Shown piece by piece: positions 43,299 to 51,304 of a DNA stretch of 51,304 nucleotides. The position numbers were made by a program, and so were the translations under genes. The DNA lies in the NCBI GenBank assembly GCA_964487045.1, contig CAZAOT010000002.1:1-51304 (forward strand). Direction: 5' to 3'. Within the stretch, counting starts at the first letter, position 1. Every line of letters starts with the position of its first letter. The notes under the pieces were generated by a model. It was given only the letters and a program-made list of their open reading frames with translations, did not search any database and was not told the origin of the DNA. Origin of the DNA: an uncultured Candidatus Saccharibacteria bacterium. Lineage in GTDB: Bacteria > Patescibacteriota > UBA1384 > DTJR01.

Positions 43299-43898
43299 AT
43301 GGAAATTACTCGTCCAAAGATTTCTGAGCAATTTATTAACGGACTTAAGAAAGAATTAGAATTAAGAGGAGTTAAAAATTGTCATATTTCATTAAATATT
43401 TCTAATCCTCCAAGTGCAAAGGAAGAGGTACGTGAAGCCTCGTATTGGATTTCAGAATGGATCAGAATAAAGTATTTCGACTCAAGCAGAAAAAAAATTT
43501 ACTCATTTGATCAGGAAGAATATGATATTTACATTAAACATTGTTTGAAATGGGTTTCAAGAATTGATTTATTTGAAGATGACGGACTCCATTTTGGATT
43601 TGGTTGGAGCAAATATCCACTAGAGTTAAATTGTGTTTTAGACAGTCCACAAAGATTTGTAAATGCAGTTATGAAAAAAGAAGCTAAAAACTATACAAAC
43701 GCAGATAAACTTGTCCTTGTTCTGGATTTCAGTCCCTTTTCTTTTGACGAAAACGATATCATTAGATTTAGAAAAATAATTAGTGAGTCTAAGACTAAAT
43801 TTAATGCTATTTGGGTTTATCAATTATGGTCTGGCGCTAGAGGTGCATTTGAAATTTATCAAACCCAATCACCTAAAGAACTTACGCTTCGTTCCTAA
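43299..43898 (+). CDS. Hypothetical protein, possibly the 3' part of a TAG-interrupted gene starting at 43098
   Basis: ORF in frame with a 39-codon ORF (ATG 43098), separated by a single TAG at 43215-43217. Confidence 0.45.
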   Translation: MEITRPKISEQFINGLKKELELRGVKNCHISLNISNPPSAKEEVREASYWISEWIRIKYFDSSRKKIYSFDQEEYDIYIKHCLKWVSRIDLFEDDGLHFGFGWSKYPLELNCVLDSPQRFVNAVMKKEAKNYTNADKLVLVLDFSPFSFDENDIIRFRKIISESKTKFNAIWVYQLWSGARGAFEIYQTQSPKELTLRS

Positions 43899-44000
43899 AT
43901 AGTTAAAGGTCACTCACCATTACTTTTTTGCCAGCATAGTAATTTAAAATCCTAAGCTATGGTCTAAAAAATCACAGACTAAAAACTTCGGAAAGATAAG

Positions 44001-45155
44001 TTATGACTCTTCGGGAGTCTTTTTTGATTGGAAAAATTGATAAAGGAAATAAACAAAACTTGCTACGAGCATTAAAGAGAGCGTCACAAGAGTGCTATGA
44101 TCAAAATTTGCAAACATTTCGTGCCAAATTAGATATAAGTTTAAGAAATAAATTCCGCTGATAACAAAATAGATTGCGAAGTTTAGTTTAGACTTTATTG
44201 CTATTGGAATAAGCAATACTAGAGTTGGTAGTAGATGGCGTTCGTGGACTCTAGTTAAAAACATGCAGACTGCAAAATTTATAAGTCCAGCTGCTGCTAG
44301 TGTGTTATCAAAATTGATTCGTTTTCTGAGGATATAAATTATAAGCAGTATAAAGAAAGCACTGATAATCAAACCCATGTTTTGATAGGAGGTAATTCCA
44401 CCTAAGCTATCAGGTACCTTGTTTAGCCCAAGCATATACCAAAAATTCAGGGCGTTTACTGAAGCAAAATGAGATTGTCCTTGCGACGAGTCTAGCAGAA
44501 ATGAAATTGATTGCTTGAAAAATCCCGAGCCATAGTAGGGTATAAAAAATAATGAATACAACAAAAGTCCACCTACTAAGATGCCTATAGTCTTGTTTAG
44601 TTTCAATTTTGAATAAACAAGCAATATATATAGGGGTAAAAATATTATTGCCGACTGCTTAACCAAGAGTGCTCCCAAGAAAGCTAAGGCGGAATAGATA
44701 GGGTATTTTGTACGCATTAGAATAAAAATACTTAAGAAGATCAAGGCAGCTACGAGTCCTTCTGTTTGGCCCCAAAGCACACTATTATAAAAGATTCCTG
44801 GATTAAGTAGATAAACTATAAAGAAAACCGGGGAGATAATTATCGAAAGTGACATCATAAGTGACTCGACCACTATAGTAGGAAGTTTATTGAAAGTAGT
44901 CCTAGCTTCATAATTTCCAGGAAATAATCTTTGCGATGACTTATCTAGATAGTAATATAGTCCAGTGATTAGAGGTGGGTAATTAGCAGCTGAAAAAGGA
45001 TAGAAATCTCTCTCGTAAAAACCTGAAAATCCAAAGTTTTTTATCGAGTCTGTCCAGTTAAGATTATTGTTAAGATCACGGTTGTAGCTCAAGGTTGATA
45101 TTGAAACTCTAGCAATCAATATTACAAAAAAAATTAACAGCCAATACTTTTTCAT
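44001..45155 (-). CDS. GT-C-type membrane glycosyltransferase-like protein (GT39/DUF2029-like)
   Basis: About 11 TM helices with a short acidic first loop; assigned by overall architecture only. Confidence 0.4.
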   Translation of the reverse strand: MKKYWLLIFFVILIARVSISTLSYNRDLNNNLNWTDSIKNFGFSGFYERDFYPFSAANYPPLITGLYYYLDKSSQRLFPGNYEARTTFNKLPTIVVESLMMSLSIIISPVFFIVYLLNPGIFYNSVLWGQTEGLVAALIFLSIFILMRTKYPIYSALAFLGALLVKQSAIIFLPLYILLVYSKLKLNKTIGILVGGLLLYSLFFIPYYGSGFFKQSISFLLDSSQGQSHFASVNALNFWYMLGLNKVPDSLGGITSYQNMGLIISAFFILLIIYILRKRINFDNTLAAAGLINFAVCMFLTRVHERHLLPTLVLLIPIAIKSKLNFAIYFVISGIYFLNLYLIWHEMFANFDHSTLVTLSLMLVASFVYFLYQFFQSKKTPEES

Positions 45156-45235
45156 AGCTAAATTTTAGCATTAATTAGAAAAACCTGTTAAATAACAGAT
45201 TAATTTGATAAAATACTCTTAATTAAGAGGAGTAT

Positions 45236-46705
45236 ATGGAAAATAATAACATTAAAGAATCCGAAAGCAGAGAAGATAAGCTTAAAAGGATTAGAGATCT
45301 GGGTATAAACCCTTATCCTGCAAAAACTGATCGAAATTTAGATATTAAATCAGCCAAAAAGACTAAGGATAAAACTGTTATTATTGCTGGCAAAATCGCT
45401 TCAGTTAGGTCGCATGGCAAATCCACATTTATGGATATTCAGGATGAAAGTGATCTAATGCAAGCTTATTTCAAGTTTGATAATTTGGGCGAAGACAAAT
45501 ACGAATTTTTAAAAAATATTGAAATAGGCGACTACATAGAGGTAAAAGGAGAGAATTTTGTTACCAAAACTGGTGAAATAACGATTGCCGCCAAAGAATA
45601 TAAGCTTCTAAATAAGACACTCCTACCCGTACCTGACAAGTGGTATGGACTTAAAGACACTGAGCTTCGATACCGCAAGAGATTCCTAGATATGATAATG
45701 AATCCTGATGTCAAAAGGAATATCGAAATTAGGTCCAAGATAGTCGAGGAACTTCGTAGCTTTATGAAGAAAAACGGCTTTATTGAAGTTGAAACTCCGA
45801 TACTTCAGGCAATTCCAGGAGGAGCTTCGGCAAAGCCTTTTGTAACACAATATAATATTCTTAAGCAGGACATGTATCTTAGAATAGCTCCGGAGCTTTT
45901 TCTTAAGAGACTTGTTGTTGGAGGATTTGAAAAGGTATATGAGATAGGTAGACAATTCCGAAACGAGGGACTATCGCATATGCACAATCCAGAATTTACC
46001 TCAATTGAGTTCTATTGGGCTTATCAAGACTATGAGGGTCTGATGAGGTTCACAGAGGAGATGATGAGTACAGTTATTAAAGAAGTTTGCGGCAAAACTA
46101 CAATTACATATCAAGGAAATGAGCTTAATTTTGCTCCACCATATCCACGCATCACCTTTGATGCTTTGATCGAAAAGGATTGTGGCATAAATATATTCCA
46201 ATACCCTGAATTCGAAGATCTAAAAAAAGAAGTAATCAAAAAGGGTATAGACTTAAACTTCAAAGAGATAAAAGTATGGCCAAAGCTTGTAGATGAGCTT
46301 TATAAAAAAGTTTCAAGGCCAAAGATAGTTGAACCAATATTTGTAATCGATCATCCTCTAGTTCTTGTTCCTTTGGCTAAAGCCAAAGAAGATGAGCCAC
46401 TCAAATCCCAAACGTTTCAGTTGGTCTGCGCGGGTGGTATCGAACTGATGAAGGCTTATTCAGAACAAAATGACCCAATCGAACAAGAAGAAAGATTCCG
46501 CGAGCAAGTTAAGCTTTCTAAGGCAGGCTGGGATGAATCTAATATGATGGACGAAAACTTCGTCGAAGCTTTGAAATATGGCTTACCGCCAACGGCTGGA
46601 TGGGGGATGGGAATTGAAAGATTTGCGATGCTTCTTACTGATCAATACTCGATCAAAGAAGTTATCGCCTTTCCTACACTAAAGAATATTTCTGGCAAAA
46701 AATGA
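45236..46705 (+). CDS. lysS: Lysine--tRNA ligase, class II
   Basis: OB-fold N-terminus, class II motifs (FRNEG, GGIELMKAYSEQNDP, GWGMGIERF). Confidence 0.9.
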   Translation: MENNNIKESESREDKLKRIRDLGINPYPAKTDRNLDIKSAKKTKDKTVIIAGKIASVRSHGKSTFMDIQDESDLMQAYFKFDNLGEDKYEFLKNIEIGDYIEVKGENFVTKTGEITIAAKEYKLLNKTLLPVPDKWYGLKDTELRYRKRFLDMIMNPDVKRNIEIRSKIVEELRSFMKKNGFIEVETPILQAIPGGASAKPFVTQYNILKQDMYLRIAPELFLKRLVVGGFEKVYEIGRQFRNEGLSHMHNPEFTSIEFYWAYQDYEGLMRFTEEMMSTVIKEVCGKTTITYQGNELNFAPPYPRITFDALIEKDCGINIFQYPEFEDLKKEVIKKGIDLNFKEIKVWPKLVDELYKKVSRPKIVEPIFVIDHPLVLVPLAKAKEDEPLKSQTFQLVCAGGIELMKAYSEQNDPIEQEERFREQVKLSKAGWDESNMMDENFVEALKYGLPPTAGWGMGIERFAMLLTDQYSIKEVIAFPTLKNISGKK

Positions 46706-47181
46706 TCTATTATCTAGTCGGAGCGTCAATTCTAATGCTCGTTGGGCTGGTAGGGATTATTATTCCAGCTGTTCCAGGAATACCTTTTATGGCGATTATT
46801 GCCCTCCTATACCAAATTTTTACAAAAGGCCTGTCGACCACAACACTCATTGTTCTTGCTGTAATAACACTGCTATCAATTATTATTGATTATTTCTCAG
46901 GAATATTAGGAGCGAGGATCTCTGGAGCTAGCGCAAAATCGATGCTTCTTGGAATACTTGGAATGCTAATCGGTATTGGTTTTATTCCACCAATTGGTGC
47001 GATTATTGGATTATTTATTGGAATCTTGGCAGGGGAGTTAATATTCAAAAAAGATGCAAAAAAAGCAATTAAAGCTGCATCTGGAAGTGCGATTTCAGTA
47101 ATTATTGGGATGATTTTAAACATAACTCTTGCTTTAGCATTTTTGATTATTTTTGTAATTAGCGGAATTTCAGGATTATGA
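46702..47181 (+). CDS. DUF456-family membrane protein
   Basis: GLVGIIIPAVPGIPFM start and 4 TM helices; ATGA overlaps on both sides. Confidence 0.55.
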   Translation: MIYYLVGASILMLVGLVGIIIPAVPGIPFMAIIALLYQIFTKGLSTTTLIVLAVITLLSIIIDYFSGILGARISGASAKSMLLGILGMLIGIGFIPPIGAIIGLFIGILAGELIFKKDAKKAIKAASGSAISVIIGMILNITLALAFLIIFVISGISGL

Positions 47182-47813
47182 TTTTTGAGAAAGGTATTTA
47201 TAATATCTACAAACCTAAGGGGCCAAGCTCTTACGACATTATTCGTCAGATAAAACGAGATGCTGTGGATAAAAAAATTGGCCATGGTGGAACTCTCGAT
47301 CCACTTGCTAGTGGAGTATTGGTAGTTGCGATTGGGCGAGAATCCACTAAGCAACTTGATAGCGTAGTTAAAGACGAAAAAGAATACAAAGCCACTATCA
47401 AACTTGGCCAAACTAGCACTACCCAGGATGAAGAAGGAAATAAAACAGAAATCAGGGTAGACCATCATCCTACTTTGGAGGAGATTAAAAATGTTTTAAT
47501 TAGTTTTATAGGTAAGATTAAGCAAACTCCGCCAATATATTCAGCTATGAAAGTTAATGGAAAAAGAGCCTATCAACTAGCCAGGAAAGGCGAAACGCCA
47601 GAGATCAAGGAGCGTGAGATCACAATTTACAAAATCGATTTAATTAATTATTCCTGGCCAATTTTGGAAATAAGAGTTTCTTGTTCGAGCGGTACATATA
47701 TTAGAACTTTAGCAAATGATATCGGAAGCAAACTTAAAACTGGCGGATATCTAGCGGACCTAATTAGAACTAAAGTAGGCAATTTTAATATCAAGGACAG
47801 TGTTAAGCTTTAA
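47178..47813 (+). CDS. truB: tRNA pseudouridine(55) synthase (short form)
   Basis: GHGGTLDPLASGVLVV catalytic Asp motif, YSAMKVNGKRAY. Confidence 0.85.
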   Translation: MIFEKGIYNIYKPKGPSSYDIIRQIKRDAVDKKIGHGGTLDPLASGVLVVAIGRESTKQLDSVVKDEKEYKATIKLGQTSTTQDEEGNKTEIRVDHHPTLEEIKNVLISFIGKIKQTPPIYSAMKVNGKRAYQLARKGETPEIKEREITIYKIDLINYSWPILEIRVSCSSGTYIRTLANDIGSKLKTGGYLADLIRTKVGNFNIKDSVKL

Positions 47814-47862
47814 TTATTCTATAGCACTAACCGTTGAACCTGTTTTTTGATAAAATAAAGCT

Positions 47863-49188
47863 ATGCATCAAGAAGCGACCGAGATTGTCAGAAAGCTTCA
47901 GGAAAACAAATTTGAAGCTTATTTTGCTGGTGGATCGGTTAGGGACATATTACTCGGGCAAGACCCTAAAGATATCGATATCGCCACGAGTGCTACTCCA
48001 GACCAAATTCAAAGACTATTTCCAGATAATATACCTATCGGTAAACAATTTGGAGTAATTTTAGTAAAAGGTAAAAATAATCAATTTGAAGTAGCCACGT
48101 TTAGAGAAGAGGGACCATATCTTGATAAGCGCCGCCCGAGCTATGTTAAATTCACAAGTGCCGAAAACGACGCTAAACGTCGCGACTTCACTATCAATGG
48201 CATGTTCTATGATCCGATAACTAACAAGATTATAGACTACGTCGGCGGCCAGGAAGACATAAAAAAGAAAACGATTCGGTTTATCGGTGATGCAGTTGAT
48301 CGAATAAAAGAGGACAATCTACGTTTAATTCGAGCCATTAGATTCAAGGTTACGCTTAATTTTCAATACTCTGATGAAACTTTTTCTCTGATAACTAATA
48401 ATTCAAGTTTGATAAAAAATGTCTCACCAGAAAGGCTAAGGGACGAATTAAATAAGATTTTACAAAGTGGAAGACGGCATATCGGACTGACTGAGCTTTC
48501 TCAGAGTAAAATTATTGATTACATAATTCCTGAAATTAATGACCTGAAAGGAGTTCCGCAACCGATTGAATATCATCATGAGGGCGATGTTTTCACTCAT
48601 ACTTATCTCGCAATTAAATCCCTTCCAAGCGATGCTCCACTTCACCTTGTCTGGGCAGTACTCCTTCATGATATTGGCAAACCGCCGACACTTATCAAAG
48701 AAGATAAGAGGATAATTTTCCACAACCACGCAGAAGTTTCTGCCGAAATGGCCTCGAAGATTCTACAAAGACTTAAATTTTCTAGTTTTGAAATTAAAAC
48801 TATATATTTCCTAATTGATAGCCATATGAAAATAGCATTAATACCTAAGATGCGACCGACTAAACAGATGGCTTTTTTGCTTGATCCGCGATTTCCAGAT
48901 TTAATCAAGCTTTGCGAAGCAGATTCCAGAGGAACCTACCCAGTAAATCTAGCTTTAGTTGAAAAATTAAAAACTGAGCTTGAGCAGGCGAAAATTGAGA
49001 AAGCTAAAATCGAGCTTGCAAAAAAATCCACCAAACTATTTACAGGTGACAATCTTATAGAATTAGGGTATAATCCATCAAAGGACTTTAAGGAAATTCT
49101 AGATGAAGTGAATGATCAAATAATTGCTGGAAATATCAAATCACTTGAGCAGGCGAAGTCATTCGTCTTAAAAAATTTCAAATCATGA
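47863..49188 (+). CDS. cca: CCA-adding enzyme / poly(A) polymerase-family nucleotidyltransferase with HD domain
   Basis: GGSVRD...DIDIAT, RRDFTING, HHEGDVFTH...LLHDIGK. Confidence 0.8.
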   Translation: MHQEATEIVRKLQENKFEAYFAGGSVRDILLGQDPKDIDIATSATPDQIQRLFPDNIPIGKQFGVILVKGKNNQFEVATFREEGPYLDKRRPSYVKFTSAENDAKRRDFTINGMFYDPITNKIIDYVGGQEDIKKKTIRFIGDAVDRIKEDNLRLIRAIRFKVTLNFQYSDETFSLITNNSSLIKNVSPERLRDELNKILQSGRRHIGLTELSQSKIIDYIIPEINDLKGVPQPIEYHHEGDVFTHTYLAIKSLPSDAPLHLVWAVLLHDIGKPPTLIKEDKRIIFHNHAEVSAEMASKILQRLKFSSFEIKTIYFLIDSHMKIALIPKMRPTKQMAFLLDPRFPDLIKLCEADSRGTYPVNLALVEKLKTELEQAKIEKAKIELAKKSTKLFTGDNLIELGYNPSKDFKEILDEVNDQIIAGNIKSLEQAKSFVLKNFKS

Positions 49189-50060
49189 AAATTACAGAAG
49201 AAGATCTTAAAGAAGTATTTTCAAGCGATACTGAGGAGCCAATTGCTAATTTGCAAGATGGCCAAGTTTCGATTAAAAAAGTAAAAAAAATCGACGAGAT
49301 CAATAAAATAAGGCGCTCAATTAAACGAATTAACCAAGAGAAGCCAAAAAGCATTGGTGGCGGATTTGAGCTTATTAACTCCCTGCTTAGGTTCACGGCA
49401 ATAGCGGGATTTAGTGGCTTTATTATTTTCGTTGGGATGAGCTGGGGCGGTTTATCCGAGCAGCTCAAGTGGGCATATTATGTTGACTTCAAAGGTGAAA
49501 GACCACCTGGCGCAGTCGCTTCAGTGACAAGTAAACCTTCCCTAACGCCTTATCCATCTCCAAAGGCATACATCTCTAGCCAACCTGTTGCTCCTGTTGA
49601 CAATCTTCCGTCACTTCATGCCGATTTTACTCAAAACAATTTGAAAATAGACAAAATTAGTATAAATGCACCAATAATGTGGGAAGTTGAGGAAGATAAA
49701 ATTCTCGACCAGCTTACAGGTGGCGTTGCTCACTATAAGGGCACCTCGCTCCCAGGCCAGGGCGGGAACATTTTTATCGTAGGGCATTCATCAAATTATT
49801 TCTGGATAAAAAGTGATTATAACAATATATTCGCTTTGCTTGATAAGCTTAGCCCTGGTGATCGAATTGAAGTTTCCAGAAACAATTCTAACTTTATTTA
49901 CGAAGTTAAGGAGACAAAGGTCATTAAGCCTGATGAAGTCCAGGTATTAGAAAATACTCCAAAAGAAACCTTATCATTAATGACTTGCTGGCCCCTCGGA
50001 ACCTCGCTCAAGAGAATGGTAGTTCAATCAGAACTTATCTATTCGTACTCAGCAGACTAA
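49185..50060 (+). CDS. Sortase-family transpeptidase
   Basis: TM anchor, IVGHSS (catalytic His), LSLMTCWP (TLxTC-type Cys), downstream Arg (LKRMVV). Confidence 0.65.
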   Translation: MKITEEDLKEVFSSDTEEPIANLQDGQVSIKKVKKIDEINKIRRSIKRINQEKPKSIGGGFELINSLLRFTAIAGFSGFIIFVGMSWGGLSEQLKWAYYVDFKGERPPGAVASVTSKPSLTPYPSPKAYISSQPVAPVDNLPSLHADFTQNNLKIDKISINAPIMWEVEEDKILDQLTGGVAHYKGTSLPGQGGNIFIVGHSSNYFWIKSDYNNIFALLDKLSPGDRIEVSRNNSNFIYEVKETKVIKPDEVQVLENTPKETLSLMTCWPLGTSLKRMVVQSELIYSYSAD

Positions 50061-50112
50061 GCAGACGCTCTCCAGCCTTGAATCAACAGGACAAATAGGT
50101 TAAAATATCGAA

Positions 50113-51021
50113 ATGGAATCCAAACAAAAGTTATTAATTGATGTTGATACAGGCATAGACGATGCGCTTGCACTAATTTTGTTATCGACAAAAATTAATA
50201 ATACCGAAGTATCAATTACCACCTCTGGAGGTAATTGCACCGTTGACGATACAACTCGTAACACTCTAGCGGTTGCTTCAATGCTTAGTCTTAACGCAAA
50301 GATCTACAAAGGCTCCAACAAGCCAATAATGCTAAAAAATTATAAGAATGCATATGATTTTCACGGAGATAATGGCCTGGCAAATATCAGACTTCCAGTA
50401 TCAAAAAAAGTTGAGTCACAAGATGCTTGCGACTTTATAGTAGATTTCCTAAAGCAAGACGAGTCATTAAAAACAATCATCTGGTTATCGGCAACTACGA
50501 ATCTCGCACTTGCATTGAAGAAGGACGCCTCAATTGCAAAATATATTGATAGACTCATTTTGATGGGCGGAACGATTGACAAGTCTGGCAATGAAACTGA
50601 ATTCGCTGAATTCAATTTTTATCAGGATCCTCACGCAACAAAAATTGTCTTTGATAATCTTGCAGAAAAAATTGTTTTAATTCCCCTAGACGTTACAGAC
50701 CAGTGCCCACTATTGGCGAAAGATCTAGATGATATTGCAGATTCTGAAATAGGAAACTTCGTTAAGAAATTGGTTGCTAATTGGTATGACTATTTTGGCT
50801 CTTCTAGAAAAAGAGATTTTTATCTTTATGACCCTCTCGCAGCTTCTGTAATTCTTAGGCCATTTTTAAAATTTAAAACAGAAAAGTTTGATTTTTTTGT
50901 TGAGGGAAAAGAGCAAGGCGCATTAATGCGTGGGTCTCAATATCAGATTAATTACGCGTATAGCGTTGACAGTAAATCTTTTATAAAGTTTTTCATTTCT
51001 ACTATAAACGACATTAAATAG
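50113..51021 (+). CDS. Inosine-uridine-preferring nucleoside hydrolase family
   Basis: N-terminal DVDTGIDDALAL aspartate cluster; 302 aa. Confidence 0.85.
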   Translation: MESKQKLLIDVDTGIDDALALILLSTKINNTEVSITTSGGNCTVDDTTRNTLAVASMLSLNAKIYKGSNKPIMLKNYKNAYDFHGDNGLANIRLPVSKKVESQDACDFIVDFLKQDESLKTIIWLSATTNLALALKKDASIAKYIDRLILMGGTIDKSGNETEFAEFNFYQDPHATKIVFDNLAEKIVLIPLDVTDQCPLLAKDLDDIADSEIGNFVKKLVANWYDYFGSSRKRDFYLYDPLAASVILRPFLKFKTEKFDFFVEGKEQGALMRGSQYQINYAYSVDSKSFIKFFISTINDIK

Positions 51022-51092
51022 CACTAACGATTGACATTTTTAAAAAAATCTATAGAATTTCGTCTTAGTACGTTAACATCAACCTCGAGGAG

Positions 51093-51304
51093 GTGAGTCA
51101 GATAGACAAGTTAGTCTTGTTGGATCTTGACCGAACGATCATCGACAGTTCATACCAGCTCGGGATGCATGACAGCGAGTTTGCCGAAAGGGTGAAATCA
51201 GCCGAAAGCCAAGGGATTATCGTCGGGCTGAACTCTGATTCACCTGCGGAAACGCTTATGATGTACGCCAAGAAGTGGAGAATGAACGGTCCGATCATCT
51301 GCGA
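51093..51304 (+). CDS. HAD-superfamily hydrolase, 5' partial (runs off the window)
   Basis: The + frame reads VSQIDKLVLLDLDRTIIDS... (DxDxT motif) after AGGAGG. The start codon is uncertain. The minus-strand ORF 51098-51298 in the track is judged to be its shadow. Confidence 0.4.
   Translation, partial: MSQIDKLVLLDLDRTIIDSSYQLGMHDSEFAERVKSAESQGIIVGLNSDSPAETLMMYAKKWRMNGPIIC

Noticed and set aside
46890-47468. 192-aa minus-strand ORF
   Set aside because: It is antisense to the well-supported DUF456 and truB genes, so it is a typical AT-rich shadow ORF. The same reasoning applies to 303-485, 2439-2666, 4139-4480, 4908-5150, 5972-6352, 6880-7278, 9902-10279, 27586-27918, 29701-30138, 30298-30618, 31240-31743, 48460-48908 and 49178-49468.
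51098-51298. 66-aa minus-strand ORF at the window end
   Set aside because: The + strand frame encodes a clear HAD motif-I start (LLDLDRTIIDS) preceded by AGGAGG. The minus ORF is its antisense shadow.
1-51304. CRISPR arrays, rRNA genes, reverse transcriptase/DGR or retron elements, IS transposases of DDE type
   Set aside because: I looked for regularly spaced short direct repeats, rRNA-like conserved blocks, YxDD motifs and DDE transposase ORFs and found none. The only repeats seen are those reported above.

Overview
This is a 51.3-kb AT-rich bacterial window. All calls come from reading the sequence and ORF translations and recalling family motifs. No database search or folding program was run. 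TGA is used as a stop codon (for example at 19519-19521). The minimal housekeeping set, GNP-motif T4SS pilins, a sortase and several promoters sitting almost on the start codon suggest a Patescibacteria/CPR-like genome, but that is a guess.

Layout:
1. 0.1-13.7 kb is the right-hand part of an ICE-like element. It has a Gram-positive-type T4SS operon: pilin, pilin-VirB6 fusion, PrgI/VirB3-like protein, a VirB4 split into two ORFs, and an M23 hydrolase. It also carries a VirD4-like coupling protein, a replication-relaxation protein, DUF3768, and an ArsR/thioredoxin-like/permease/DUF2703 cargo operon. It ends in a large serine recombinase whose ORF reads antisense through tRNA-Ala(GGC).
2. 13.8-18.3 kb holds two tandem gpmI paralogs and pgi. 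The upstream gpmI copy (15322-16884) and pgi are each preceded by a copy of a structured repeat that shows compensatory changes.
3. 18.3-18.8 kb is non-coding and contains tRNA-acceptor-like fragments ending in CCA. One is an exact 18-nt copy of the tRNA-Leu(CAA) 3' end found 17.6 kb away. The segment between the two copies contains a ParB-methylase/TerS/TerL/HNH module, an HTH-nuclease-STAND giant, two further accessory genes and a second serine recombinase.
4. 36.9-42.7 kb is a recombination hot spot at tRNA-Ala(CGC). A third serine recombinase reads antisense through the tRNA and is flanked by inverted copies of its own 3' end. It abuts an XRE + 1022-aa orphan cassette bracketed by 184-bp inverted repeats (183/184 identical), followed by a tRNA-Ala 3'-half remnant. 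I consider this the most novel part of the window.
5. 42.8-51.3 kb is ordinary housekeeping (lysS, truB, cca, sortase, nucleoside hydrolase).

No CRISPR array, rRNA gene or reverse transcriptase was seen.
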